A stretch of DNA of 64,000 nt from Verrucomicrobiota bacterium (GCA_046052105.1 JBJOMZ010000001.1:596-64595); one strand, 5' to 3'. Numbered from the stretch's first letter, positions 1-10,198 are shown. Notes: generated by a model not told the origin, from the letters alone. A program made the numbers and translations.

Positions 1-1664
1 TGATCGATTCCAAATTCCGCGAATTCCGCGAAGGATCGATCCTCAAAGGAACCATCCTGGAAATCCGTCCCCAGGTCGTCATTGTCGATATCGGCTACAA
101 GTCGGAAGGCGCCATCGCTGCCAATGAATTCGAAGACGATGACATCGAAGTCGGCGACGAAGTCGAAGTGCTTCTCGAAAAACTGGAAAACGACGAAGGC
201 ATGGTCGTTCTCTCCAAAGAAAAAGCCGCCCACAAGCAAAACTGGGACAAGATCGTCAAGGTGTTTCAAGACGGCGGCCTCGTTCGCGGCAAGGTCAAAG
301 CTGCGGTCAAAGGCGGTCTCACCGTCAACGTCGGCGTGGAAGCCTTCCTGCCCGGTTCGCAAGTGGACATTATCCCACCGAAAGATCTCAACGAATACAT
401 CGGCAAGGTGTATGAGTTCAAAATCGTCAAGGTCAACGACGAGCGCAAGAACGTCGTTCTCTCCCGCCGCGAGGTCATCGAGGCCGAGCGCAGCGAGCAA
501 CGCCAGCGTTTCCTCGGCACCGTTTCCGCCAACGACAAGGTCGTGGGCACGGTCAAGAACATCACCGACTTCGGCGCATTCGTCGATCTCGAAGGCATGG
601 ACGGCCTGCTGCACATCACCGACATGTCCTGGGGTCGCATCAACCACCCCAGCGAGATGCTTCACATCGGTCAATCGCTGGAAGTGCTGATCCTCGAAGT
701 CGACCGCGACAAAGAGCGCGTATCCCTCGGTCTCAAGCAAATGTCGGAAAATCCCTGGGCCGACATCGAAGCCCGTTTCCCCATCAGCACTCGCGTCAAA
801 GGCAAGATCACCAAACTGCTGCCTTACGGCGCGTTCTGCGAGATCGAAAAAGGCGTGGAAGGCCTCATCCACGTGTCCGAGCTCAGCTGGGTCAAGCGCA
901 TCACCCGCCCGAGCGACGTCCTGTCCCTCGGTCAGGAAATCGAAGCTGTGGTGCTGGGCATCAGCATCGACGAGCAGAAGATCTCCCTCGGTGTGCGTCA
1001 GCTCGACGCGAACCCATGGGACGAGATCGAAAGCCGCTTCCCGATCGGTGCTACCGTCAAGGGCCCTGTGCGCAACCTCACCGCTTACGGTGCTTTTGTG
1101 GAACTGGAAGAAGGCATCGATGGCATGATCCACGTGTCCGACATGTCCTGGACCCGCAAGATCAACCATCCATCCGAAGTGCTCAAAAAAGGCGACGAGA
1201 TCGAAGCCATCGTGCTTTCCATCGACAAAGCCAATCAGCGCGTTTCGCTCGGCGTCAAGCAGCTTGAGGAAGATCCCTGGAGCCTCATCGACAAGCGCTT
1301 CAAAGTGGGCGACATCGTCAAAGGTAAGGTCGCCAAGATCGCCAGCTTCGGTGCTTTCGTCAGCTTGGAAGGCGACATCGACGGCCTCATCCACATCTCG
1401 CAACTCAGCGAGGACCACGTGGAGAAAGTCAAGGATGTCATCAAAGTGGGCGACGACGTCGAAGCCCGCGTCATCAAGGTGGACAAAGTCGAGCGCCGCA
1501 TCGGTCTCTCGATCAAGGCCCTCAGCTACAGCGAGGATCAACTTAAGAAAGAAAGCGCCAGCTTCGAAAGCCTGCGACCATCCAGCGAGATGGTCGGCCT
1601 CGAACACGCCTTCAACCTTGCTTCGTCCGCCGTCGAGGAGTGGAGCCCCAGCGAGGAGAAATAA
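1..1664 (+). CDS. rpsA: 30S ribosomal protein S1 (5' end cut by window edge)
   Basis: The frame of ORF 168..1664 stays open back to position 3 (IDSKFREFREGSILKGTILEI...). Six tandem S1 OB-fold repeats carry the recurring G.V..I..(F/Y)GAFV.L..G.DGL(I/L)H.S motif. Confidence 0.95.
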   Translation, partial: IDSKFREFREGSILKGTILEIRPQVVIVDIGYKSEGAIAANEFEDDDIEVGDEVEVLLEKLENDEGMVVLSKEKAAHKQNWDKIVKVFQDGGLVRGKVKAAVKGGLTVNVGVEAFLPGSQVDIIPPKDLNEYIGKVYEFKIVKVNDERKNVVLSRREVIEAERSEQRQRFLGTVSANDKVVGTVKNITDFGAFVDLEGMDGLLHITDMSWGRINHPSEMLHIGQSLEVLILEVDRDKERVSLGLKQMSENPWADIEARFPISTRVKGKITKLLPYGAFCEIEKGVEGLIHVSELSWVKRITRPSDVLSLGQEIEAVVLGISIDEQKISLGVRQLDANPWDEIESRFPIGATVKGPVRNLTAYGAFVELEEGIDGMIHVSDMSWTRKINHPSEVLKKGDEIEAIVLSIDKANQRVSLGVKQLEEDPWSLIDKRFKVGDIVKGKVAKIASFGAFVSLEGDIDGLIHISQLSEDHVEKVKDVIKVGDDVEARVIKVDKVERRIGLSIKALSYSEDQLKKESASFESLRPSSEMVGLEHAFNLASSAVEEWSPSEEK

Positions 1665-1685
1665 TTTCTTCGTATCTCGTATTGC

Positions 1686-1718
1686 AAAAAGACCGGAGAG
1701 AAATCTCCGGTCTTTTTT
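1686..1718 (+). terminator. Rho-independent terminator after rpsA
   Basis: Perfect 9-bp stem gaccggaga (1691-1699) / tctccggtc (1704-1712), loop gaaa, followed by tttttt (1713-1718) and preceded by an A-run. Confidence 0.8.
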
Positions 1719-1820
1719 ATTTTCGGCATGCACCGGGCATCTTTTCATTGGTTTTGAAATCATACCAGTTGCCGAAGATGGAGTGATGTGCGAACTGAGA
1801 TACATTGATCAAAATTTCAC

Positions 1821-4800
1821 ATGAAACTCGTCGTTATTTTATCCATCGTTCTGGCTTCCTGGCTTCAGGGGGCACACATCGATGTGTTTGTGTTGACGGG
1901 ACAATCCAATGCGCTTGGCACCACCGCAGGTGGCGAGGCGGATACGTCGCCGGGAGTGGATCCTGCCGATCAGAAGGTGAAATTTTTCTGGAGCAACCGC
2001 GCCACGGCTTCGCAGGTCATCGGTGACAGCAACGGAACGTTCATCACGATGCAGGCCCAGCAAGGCGGCTACTATAGTGGTAGTAGCACGCACTGGGGTC
2101 CAGAAATCGGTTTTGCAAGATCCTTGTACCGTGCTGGGGTCCGGGACTTCGCGGTCGTGAAGGCCTCCCGCGGCGGTGGCGGCAACACCTTCTGGCTCAA
2201 GGACAGCAGCGATGACCACATGTATGATCACGTAGTGACCACGGTGCAGGCGGCTACGAATCAGCTAGTCGCGCAGGGCCATACCTTTTCCATCAAAGGC
2301 TTGCTGTATTTGCAAGGTGAAAGCGACAGTGTGGCCGAAGCCCAAGAATCGGGCGTGAGGCTGAAAGCCTTGGTGGATCAGTTGCGCGCTGATTTACCCA
2401 ACGCCGGCTCGATGCATTGTGTATGCGGCGGAATTGCGGCGGCGGGCACCACGCGTGATGTGGTGCGCACCCAACAGGAGAGTATCGCTACGGCGACGGA
2501 CTACATCGATTTTTTTTCCAACACCGATCTGCAATCCTATCTCTATGACAATCTCCATTTCAACAAGGCAGCCAAAATCGCAGTAGGGGAAAGGTTCGCC
2601 CAATCATTTTTTGGGGCATCCGTGATCTCGCGGCATTATGGCAAACTTGTTTTTGTGGGAGACTCGATCACCCAGGGAGGAAACGGGCGTCCCAGTTTCC
2701 GCTATGAAGTTTTCAAGCATCTGGCGCGCCAGCAGGTCAATCAAAGCACGGTGAATGGCTATCGTTTCACGGGATCCGTGACTGGCGCTTACCAGTCCAA
2801 TCCGGGTTCGACACCCGATGCGAATGGGCAGACATTTTCCAATGTGCACGAGGGTCATTACGGTTGGCGTGCTTCCTGGATCAATGGTCGTGTGGCATTA
2901 CCGTCAGACAGGCGGTCACAGAATCGAGGTGAGGGCACCTTGAGGAATTGGACCAATCAAGTCAGTCCGCAACAATACGCCATCAGCAACCCCACGGCGA
3001 CGGTTTCCTATCCGGACACAAGCGCGGCAGACACGGGAAACACCGGCATCACTTACATCCCCGATACCGTTTGCCTGATGGTGGGAGTCAACGATTTGGG
3101 GGACAACAACAGCGCTGCGGTACAAGTGCGTGATGATCTGTCCACCATCATCGATCAGTTGCGCGCTGCCAATCCCATGGTGCGCATTCATTTGTGCGAG
3201 GTGTTGCCGACCAATCAGACCGCGGCGATGGCGACCGGCATTCAGACCTTGAACGGATTGTTGCCGGCTTTGGTGGCGGCAAAAAACATCTCGTCGACGA
3301 CATCCCCTGTATGGTTGGTTCCCGTCCACGCGGGATTTGACGCTGTGAGCATGACCTATGACAACGTGCATCCCAATGCCGCGGGTGAAGCGCATGTGGG
3401 GCAACGCGTGGCCGAGTCGCTCGGATTGTTGCCGCCGACTCTTGCCGCGATCACAACAACGGCAGTCGTATCCGCATCCCTCGATTCCTCCGATTTCACA
3501 TCGATCCATCCGGGGCATCAAATCTGGAGTAGCTCGGGATACCTGAACACGTGGTTTGAAAGCGGCTCGTTGTCCGAGTCGATCACGGCCGCTAACAATT
3601 TCCGCGTCACTTCCGGATCCTCCGTAGCTTCGTGGTTCGAGGGCACGAAAACAGGCTGGTCGGCCCTCTGTGCGGGATCTTGGTCGGCCGAAATTCGGAT
3701 GAAATGCCATGCCAATCCCAACGGATTTGTTTTGTGGTTCGGCATCGGCGGTCGTCGCATCATTGTCGAAGTGATGAACAACGCCACGCGCGACAACGGT
3801 ATCAATACCTTCAACGTATCTCACAACAACCTCGACGGTCAGTTTCACACATTCCGCGTCGTGCATGATGCGGTGAATGCAAAATACCACGTGTTTCGTG
3901 ATGGATCGCGTGTAACGCCTGTTTCTGGAGTCAATTACGATGCGACTGCGACGGACAATCGTTTCATTTTCGGCGATTTCACATCCGGAACTTTTGGCAA
4001 CAATTTCGATGTCGAGATCGAATCCATCCGCTACACGGCGGGGGCTTATTTGCCCGTGGATGCCGATTTGGATGCCGACGGTCTTTTCGATGCCTGGGAA
4101 TGGAAGTGGTATGCTTCTTTCACTGCTGCCCTGCCTGCGGGGGATGACGATGGCGACGGTTTTTCCAATATCCAGGAACAAACCGACTCATCCGACCCTT
4201 GGAATCCGAATTCGTATGGCACACAGTTGCCCTCGGGCTCGGTTCAGAAAACATCGCAAACGATTCCGCGATTCGGGCGTCATGAATTGCTGCAACTGGT
4301 TGTTTCCAATCCGACCGCTCAGCCTATCATCCTCAACAGCCTGAACCTGCAGTTCAAAAACCAATGCGAGTCGCTTATCGCCAGAGTGGTTCTGCTGGAT
4401 AACGGAGCGGTCCCTGAAACAGCAAACGGCACGATTCTTGCGGAAACCACTGATCCGGCCTCCTCGTGGCAAGTGGTCACCAATCTCACCATTCCGCCGG
4501 GCCGCCGATACCTGCGGATCATGATCGAACCGGAGCGCTACGCTCCGTTGAATGCGGTGATTGATGGTTTCATCAGCGGCATGACCATGGGATCAATCGC
4601 CGTCACTCCCGATCCACAAGACCCTCCGGGGCGACTTACACTGGGCCTTGTGCCGATGATTTCCGATGTGGTGAAGAGTGGTGATCTCGGCATTCACACC
4701 TTTCGCATTCCCGGCGTCGTGACCGATCGAAATGGCACATTGCATGCCGTCTATGATCATCGCTATAACTCATCCTCTGACTTACCCGCCAATATCGACG

Positions 4801-6113
4801 TAGGATACGCACGCAGTGTGGACGGAGGAGTCACGTGGAGCTCATCGCGGGTCATTCTCGATTTCGACGCCACAGTCGTAGGATCCAGTGGCAACGGAGT
4901 GGGAGACCCCTCGATTTTGTATGATCCTGTGACCGATACCTTATGGACCGCGGCTCTGTGGTCGCAGGGAAATCGCGCATACAACGGTTCCGGACCGGGA
5001 CTGACACCGGCGGAGACTGGGCAGTATGTCCTCACAAAGAGCAGCGATGGAGGCATCACTTGGAGTGCTTCGATCAATATTACAAGTCAGGTCAAAGACC
5101 CTGCATGGCGGCTGCTGTTTTGTGGGCCTGGACATGGAATCGCGCTAAGAAATGGCACCTTGGTTTTTCCCTCGCAAATGCGACGTGAGTCCGATGGCCT
5201 TGTTCGCAAATGCTTCATTTTTTCGAGCGATCACGGCGAGACCTGGCAATTTGGCAGCGTGATTCCTGACACCTCGCCACAAACCAATGAGAATGAGGCA
5301 TTGGAGCTCGACGATGGGCGTCTGCTGTTTTCGAGCCGTACGCCTTCCGGATCCAATGGACAGCGCGCATGGTCGCACTTTACTCCGGGAGGAACCCAGC
5401 CGCTCAAGAATGGCGCTTGGTCGCCGCTCTTTCGACTCGCGGAAGTTCCTGATCCCGTTTGCCAGGCTTCGATCATCCAATGGAAAAGCCAACATACGGG
5501 TCATCCTAGGGAATGGATTTTGTTCTCCAATCCCGCAGGAGGCGGGCGCACCGGGGGCACCATACGACTCAGTCAGAATGGCGGCATCACTTGGCCCCAT
5601 GCGCGTTTGTTGTATTCCGGTAGTTTTGCCTATTCCTGTCTAACGATTCTCAACGATGGCAGCATCGGCGTTCTATTCGAGCGAGACGACTACACAAAAA
5701 TCAGTTTTGCCAGGGTTGAAGAAGGTTGGCTGCTGCGCCATGATCTTGACGCCGATGGGGATCAGATCCCGGACGCCTGGGAAACCATGCAGGGACTGAA
5801 TCCGGCATCTGCCGCTGATGGTAGTAGCGATGGCGATGGCGACGGTTCGACAAACCGGCATGAGTATCTCGCGGCTACGGATCCGTCGAACGCCTCTTCC
5901 GTTTTGCGCATATCCGAATTGTCCCGCTCCGGAGCATCATCACGCTTGAAATTTTCCGCGGTTCCGCGCGAACGTTACGGAGTCGAGCAATCGGAAAATC
6001 TCCTGGATTGGCAACCAGCGGGCAGCGTTACGGCTGATCAAGCTGAAATGACGATCCTCCTTCCCGGCGCAACTTCGGCACGACGGTTTTTCCGCATCCG
6101 CAGAATCCCCTGA
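1821..6113 (+). CDS. Secreted multidomain enzyme: SASA/DUF303-type sialate O-acetylesterase + SGNH/GDSL hydrolase + LamG-like domain + GH33 exo-alpha-sialidase, with TSP3-like Ca-binding linkers
   Basis: Signal peptide MKLVVILSIVLASWLQGA. SASA motif VFVLTGQSNALG (~nt 1880). SGNH blocks FVGDSITQGG (~2650), GVNDL and DNVHPN (~3360). Sialidase FRIPGV motif (~4700) plus four Asp-boxes (SVDGGVTW, SSDGGITW, SSDHGETW, SQNGGITW). DxDxDG linkers (DADLDADG, DLDADGDQIPD). Confidence 0.85.
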   Translation: MKLVVILSIVLASWLQGAHIDVFVLTGQSNALGTTAGGEADTSPGVDPADQKVKFFWSNRATASQVIGDSNGTFITMQAQQGGYYSGSSTHWGPEIGFARSLYRAGVRDFAVVKASRGGGGNTFWLKDSSDDHMYDHVVTTVQAATNQLVAQGHTFSIKGLLYLQGESDSVAEAQESGVRLKALVDQLRADLPNAGSMHCVCGGIAAAGTTRDVVRTQQESIATATDYIDFFSNTDLQSYLYDNLHFNKAAKIAVGERFAQSFFGASVISRHYGKLVFVGDSITQGGNGRPSFRYEVFKHLARQQVNQSTVNGYRFTGSVTGAYQSNPGSTPDANGQTFSNVHEGHYGWRASWINGRVALPSDRRSQNRGEGTLRNWTNQVSPQQYAISNPTATVSYPDTSAADTGNTGITYIPDTVCLMVGVNDLGDNNSAAVQVRDDLSTIIDQLRAANPMVRIHLCEVLPTNQTAAMATGIQTLNGLLPALVAAKNISSTTSPVWLVPVHAGFDAVSMTYDNVHPNAAGEAHVGQRVAESLGLLPPTLAAITTTAVVSASLDSSDFTSIHPGHQIWSSSGYLNTWFESGSLSESITAANNFRVTSGSSVASWFEGTKTGWSALCAGSWSAEIRMKCHANPNGFVLWFGIGGRRIIVEVMNNATRDNGINTFNVSHNNLDGQFHTFRVVHDAVNAKYHVFRDGSRVTPVSGVNYDATATDNRFIFGDFTSGTFGNNFDVEIESIRYTAGAYLPVDADLDADGLFDAWEWKWYASFTAALPAGDDDGDGFSNIQEQTDSSDPWNPNSYGTQLPSGSVQKTSQTIPRFGRHELLQLVVSNPTAQPIILNSLNLQFKNQCESLIARVVLLDNGAVPETANGTILAETTDPASSWQVVTNLTIPPGRRYLRIMIEPERYAPLNAVIDGFISGMTMGSIAVTPDPQDPPGRLTLGLVPMISDVVKSGDLGIHTFRIPGVVTDRNGTLHAVYDHRYNSSSDLPANIDVGYARSVDGGVTWSSSRVILDFDATVVGSSGNGVGDPSILYDPVTDTLWTAALWSQGNRAYNGSGPGLTPAETGQYVLTKSSDGGITWSASINITSQVKDPAWRLLFCGPGHGIALRNGTLVFPSQMRRESDGLVRKCFIFSSDHGETWQFGSVIPDTSPQTNENEALELDDGRLLFSSRTPSGSNGQRAWSHFTPGGTQPLKNGAWSPLFRLAEVPDPVCQASIIQWKSQHTGHPREWILFSNPAGGGRTGGTIRLSQNGGITWPHARLLYSGSFAYSCLTILNDGSIGVLFERDDYTKISFARVEEGWLLRHDLDADGDQIPDAWETMQGLNPASAADGSSDGDGDGSTNRHEYLAATDPSNASSVLRISELSRSGASSRLKFSAVPRERYGVEQSENLLDWQPAGSVTADQAEMTILLPGATSARRFFRIRRIP

Positions 6114-6265
6114 TGGGCAGGATTCCATCATGTGCAAGGGATCCAACGCGCCCATTGTTCACAGGGCCATCGCACAAAATTAAAACAGGGTGGCAGAAAC
6201 CGTCGCCATCCGATTTTTCGCGACTTTTCCCGCGATCCTCTGTTATATTCTTGATTGATTCACCT

Positions 6266-8398
6266 ATGAAACCTGCATTTTCTCACATCGGCATAGCACT
6301 GGGTTGCCTGACCATGGTTGTTTTTGCAGCGCCCGCGGGCAAAGCCAAAGGAAAAGGCAAAGGCAAGAATGGTGGTGGAGCTGAGGTGGTTCTGCCGGCG
6401 GATTCGGTCGCGGTCGATCCCACGTCCTGGCATGTGTGGACGGCTTCCAGTGGAGAAAAACTGGAGGCCAAGTTCAGGGCACTGCAGAATGGCATCGTCG
6501 CGGTGGAGAAAAAAGATCAACGGATAGTTCGATTCTCGCTGTCGCGCCTGAGCGAGGCCGACCAACGATTTGCCGATGCTTGCCAAAAAACGCAACCGCG
6601 TCCGCCCATGGACCAGCGGGTGATCGACAACGCTGCCGCTCGTCTCGATCAGACGATCAACGAAGGATTGCAAAGCCAGAAGGCCAGCCCGAATCCGACT
6701 TCGCCCGATGCCTTGTTTTTACGACGCATCTATCTTGATACGATCGGTCGCATCCCCACGCAGGAGGAGGCGGAGGCTTTTCTGGCGGATCGTGCTTCCG
6801 ATAAGCGCTCACGCTTGATCAATCAACTGCTCAACTCTCCCGGTTACACCATGCACATGTATAACTGGCTCGCCGATATGTTGCGCGTCAAGGATGACTA
6901 CGGCAAAGGAGCGAAGTCTTACCTCTACGAGGATTGGTTGAAGAATCAGATCGCCATGAACGTGCCGTGGGATCACATGGTCCGCCAGATGCTGACCGCT
7001 GATGGCAAGCTCAACCAAAATGGTGCGGCCGGTTTTCTCCTGCGCGATGCGCAAATGCCTTTGGATGGTGTTTCCAATCTGCTCACCACCTTCCTCGGTG
7101 CCAATGTTTCTTGCGCGCAATGTCATGACCATCCCTTTGCCGAATGGACGCAGCATGACTTCTACAGCATGGCGGCTTTTTTCGGTGCCACCGATGGGTT
7201 TCACGAAGACGTCTATCGGGACGCGCGGCGCTTGTTGAAATCCGATGCTATGGCGAATCTGAACCGCGCCGTGGTCAATCAGATTCTCGCGTCTAACCCG
7301 TATAACCTTGTTGATCTCTCGAAAAACAAACTGAAATTTCCCCCGGACTACAAATACAAGGATGCGACTCCCGGACAGCTCACCACGCCTGGTCTGATTC
7401 GCTGGAGTGACACCCCGAAAGAAAATCCCTCTTATCAGGTCAACACCTCAAGTCCCCAGCAATTGCGCAACCAGTTTGCCGATTGGATGGTGCATCCGGA
7501 AAATCCCCGCTTTGCAACCGCCATCGCCAACCGTCTGTGGAAAAAAGTCTTTGGCATTGCCGTGCAGGAACCTGTGTCCGACATTGATGATCCTGCCGAA
7601 TCTAGCAATCCTGCACTGCTTGCCCAGCTCACCACCTACATGAAACAGGCGAAATTCGACCTACGTGAATTCCAGCGCATCCTGTTGCATACCGCCGCTT
7701 ATCAGCGCTTGGCGAGCAGCCCGCCGGACGACCCGAAAACCTATGGTTTCCCTGGACCAGTGATACGCCGCATGAGTGCTGAGCAGGTCTGGGATTCCCT
7801 GATCTCATTGACCACTGGTGCCGAGGCGGATCAAATCCTACTGCGCCGTGGTGACGACCTTCAGAAGACTGATATCCCCGACAACAAGATCACGGCCGAG
7901 GCTGTGCGCGCGGTTATCGAGGAATTCAAGGAAGACCGCACCATGGTTCGAGGTGGAGGCAAAAAAAGTGGCGGCAAGGGCAGGGCGCTCGCAGCCTTCT
8001 ATGAAGGTGGTACGCCCGCTATCCGCAATGGCCTGCTCTTGGCACGTGCCAGTGAGATTCAGCAACCGGCTCCGGAAAACCATCTACTGCGTTTATTCGG
8101 ACAAAGCGATCGACTGGTATCAGACACGAACACTGTGGACGGCAGTGTGCCGCAATTGCTTCAGCTGATGAACGGACCGGTGCAGGAAATGGTGACGCAG
8201 AACTCCTTGGTCATGCTGCAAGCCCAAAAGTCCTCGCAGCCTGCCGATCAGATTCATTCCCTGTATAGGAGCTTCCTCACCAGGTCACCCAATTCCGGCG
8301 AAATGAAAAAATCTCTCGACGCCCTCAAAGACGGCCTTGCTCTGCCGGACATTGCTTGGGTACTGCTCAATTCCCGCGAATTTCTCTTCATCCCTTGA
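6266..8398 (+). CDS. DUF1549/DUF1553 (PSCyt2/PSD1) domain protein with an N-terminal SHD1-like domain
   Basis: Signal peptide from the internal ATG at 6266 (MKPAFSHIGIALGCLTMVVFAAPAG). The 6113 start would overlap the upstream stop codon and add a non-signal leader. Motifs FLRRIYLDTIGRIPTQEEAEAFLAD, CAQCHDHPF and C-terminal LLNSREFLF. SHD1-like WHVWTASSGEKLEAKFRALQNGIVAVEKKDQRIVRFSLSRLSEADQRF. Confidence 0.85.
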   Translation: MKPAFSHIGIALGCLTMVVFAAPAGKAKGKGKGKNGGGAEVVLPADSVAVDPTSWHVWTASSGEKLEAKFRALQNGIVAVEKKDQRIVRFSLSRLSEADQRFADACQKTQPRPPMDQRVIDNAAARLDQTINEGLQSQKASPNPTSPDALFLRRIYLDTIGRIPTQEEAEAFLADRASDKRSRLINQLLNSPGYTMHMYNWLADMLRVKDDYGKGAKSYLYEDWLKNQIAMNVPWDHMVRQMLTADGKLNQNGAAGFLLRDAQMPLDGVSNLLTTFLGANVSCAQCHDHPFAEWTQHDFYSMAAFFGATDGFHEDVYRDARRLLKSDAMANLNRAVVNQILASNPYNLVDLSKNKLKFPPDYKYKDATPGQLTTPGLIRWSDTPKENPSYQVNTSSPQQLRNQFADWMVHPENPRFATAIANRLWKKVFGIAVQEPVSDIDDPAESSNPALLAQLTTYMKQAKFDLREFQRILLHTAAYQRLASSPPDDPKTYGFPGPVIRRMSAEQVWDSLISLTTGAEADQILLRRGDDLQKTDIPDNKITAEAVRAVIEEFKEDRTMVRGGGKKSGGKGRALAAFYEGGTPAIRNGLLLARASEIQQPAPENHLLRLFGQSDRLVSDTNTVDGSVPQLLQLMNGPVQEMVTQNSLVMLQAQKSSQPADQIHSLYRSFLTRSPNSGEMKKSLDALKDGLALPDIAWVLLNSREFLFIP

Positions 8399-8425
8399 TC
8401 GCGAACTTTTGTTAGAAAAATCATC

Positions 8426-9721
8426 ATGAAATCTGATCACTTGAAATCCAGCGAAGTCACCCGGCGCATCTTCGTCGAGCGCATGGTCCGCTCCGCTTTT
8501 GGCGTCAGTCTGTTGCCCTATCTATCGGGATCTGCGCTCGAAGCCGCGGAAGCATCGCGGCCGCCGCAGCATGGTGCCTTGCCCGGATTCGGCAAAGCCA
8601 AGGCTGTGATCATGTTGCAGTTGTCCGGTGGCCTGAGCCAGATCGACAGCTTCGACCCCAAAACCGGTGCGTCGAAGGGACCCGGCAGCGCGGTTGGCAC
8701 CAAAGCGGGATTCCAGCTTTCGTCGTTTCTGCCACAGACTGCGAAGGTAGCGGACCGGATCACGGTGATCCGCAGCATGACGGCGAAGGTTGGCGTGCAT
8801 GAGCAGGCGCGCTACCTGATGCGCACGGGGTTTGAGAAGCGCGGCACCATTGTCCACCCCACGCTCGGAGCATGGGCGAACAAGTATCTCGGCGCCAGTC
8901 ACGACACCCTCCCGAGCAGCGTGTGCATCAACCGCCCCGCCAACAACGGCAATGGATTTTTGCCTGCCACGATGAGTCCACTTCCGATTCTGGATCCCGA
9001 TGAAGGATTGAAACATGCGATCAGTCGGGAAGACTCCACAGTGATGCAAAAACGCCTGGCCATGCTGCGTGACATCGATGGAAAATTCACGGAAACCGTG
9101 AATGACCCCAGTGTCATCGCCTACAATGATTTTTACGAAAGCACCCTGCGCCTCATGAAAGGAAAGGATCTGAAATGCTTCGATCTCAATGAAGAGCCGA
9201 ACGAATTGCGGGAGCGCTATGGCCGAAATCGCTTCGGTCAAGGCTGCCTGCTGGCGCGGCGTTTGGTCGAAGGGGGAGTGCGCTACATCGAGGTCGAAAG
9301 CGGTGGTTGGGACATGCACAAGGACATCGAGGGCGGCATGCAGGAACGAGGTGCGGAATTCGATGCCGCGTTCGCCGCACTGATCGGTGATCTCCATGCG
9401 CGCGGGTTGCTACAAAGTACGATGGTCGTAGTAGCCACGGAATTCGGTCGCAAGCCTTCTTTCGATGGCAGTGGTCGGGGTCATCATCCGTTGGTGTTTT
9501 CCACGGTCATCGCGGGTGGTGGAGCCAAGGGCGGTTTCGTTTATGGGGCAAGTGATGCTGCGGGTGGTCAGGTGGCTGAAAATCCGGTCACGGTCGGCGA
9601 CCTGCACGCCACCGTCGCCCATGCTTGCGGGATCCCGATCGAGCGCGCCATCGTCAGTCCTAGCGGACGACCCTTCAATATTGGCAACAAGGGCAAACCG
9701 GTTACGGACGTTTTCGCCTAG
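8426..9721 (+). CDS. DUF1501 domain protein (sulfatase/phosphatase-like fold, Tat-type signal)
   Basis: TRRIFVERMVRSAFGVSLLPYL twin-arginine-like leader and the SGGWDMH motif. It is the usual downstream partner of DUF1549/DUF1553 genes in PVC bacteria. Confidence 0.85.
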   Translation: MKSDHLKSSEVTRRIFVERMVRSAFGVSLLPYLSGSALEAAEASRPPQHGALPGFGKAKAVIMLQLSGGLSQIDSFDPKTGASKGPGSAVGTKAGFQLSSFLPQTAKVADRITVIRSMTAKVGVHEQARYLMRTGFEKRGTIVHPTLGAWANKYLGASHDTLPSSVCINRPANNGNGFLPATMSPLPILDPDEGLKHAISREDSTVMQKRLAMLRDIDGKFTETVNDPSVIAYNDFYESTLRLMKGKDLKCFDLNEEPNELRERYGRNRFGQGCLLARRLVEGGVRYIEVESGGWDMHKDIEGGMQERGAEFDAAFAALIGDLHARGLLQSTMVVVATEFGRKPSFDGSGRGHHPLVFSTVIAGGGAKGGFVYGASDAAGGQVAENPVTVGDLHATVAHACGIPIERAIVSPSGRPFNIGNKGKPVTDVFA

Positions 9722-9754
9722 AGATTTCTCTGAATCGAGGCATATCACCTAGGG

Positions 9755-10198
9755 TCACTTCACCGTGATGATCCCGTTCATTTCCCCGAAGTGTCCGGGG
9801 AAGGTGCAGAGGAAGGGATAATCCCCGGGTTCCTTGGGCGTGAACTTGATCACATGTGATTCGCCCGGACCCAGTTGCGGTGCATAGGCGAGAATCGCAG
9901 CCTTGGTTTCGGCATCGGTGGCGATGTAGTTGCTCTCTTTTGCTTGGCCGCATTTGGCGGAAATGCTTGCGACCATGCTGCCGGGTTTGAGGATGACCAG
10001 ATTGTGGGACATGCTGGCTTTGGGGATTTTGCCCGTGTGTTTGAGCGCGATTTCCATGGGCACACCCGTTTTGCCTTCGATTCTTTTTGTGCTGTAGCGG
10101 ATCTGATCATTGACGGTCACCTCTACTCTCAGCGGTGGCGGTGCAGCATGCAATGGAACCAAGAGGGCGAGGGCAGTGATCGATAGGAACAATTTCAT
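9755..10198 (-). CDS. Azurin-like blue copper protein (cupredoxin)
   Basis: Signal peptide from the internal ATG at 10198 (MKLFLSITALALLVPLHA). Type-1 Cu ligand pattern: His in MSHNLVILK, then C-x4-H-x3-M in FLCTFPGHFGEMNG, which is azurin spacing. Confidence 0.8.
   Translation of the reverse strand: MKLFLSITALALLVPLHAAPPPLRVEVTVNDQIRYSTKRIEGKTGVPMEIALKHTGKIPKASMSHNLVILKPGSMVASISAKCGQAKESNYIATDAETKAAILAYAPQLGPGESHVIKFTPKEPGDYPFLCTFPGHFGEMNGIITVK

Noticed and set aside
2916-4181. Long antisense or alternative-frame shadow ORFs (for example 2916..4181, 8522..9397, 10822..11853, 13743..14558, 26383..27207, 27813..28643, 35310..36512, 39397..40266, 44085..44933)
   Set aside because: Each lies entirely within, and opposite to, a gene with clear family motifs. 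Their translations are Arg/Gly/His-rich and low-complexity, typical of GC-rich antisense frames.
6113-6265. Upstream ATG (6113), overlapping the previous gene's stop, as the start of the DUF1549/1553 gene
   Set aside because: It would add a 51-aa non-hydrophobic leader in front of an obvious signal peptide that begins at the ATG at 6266.
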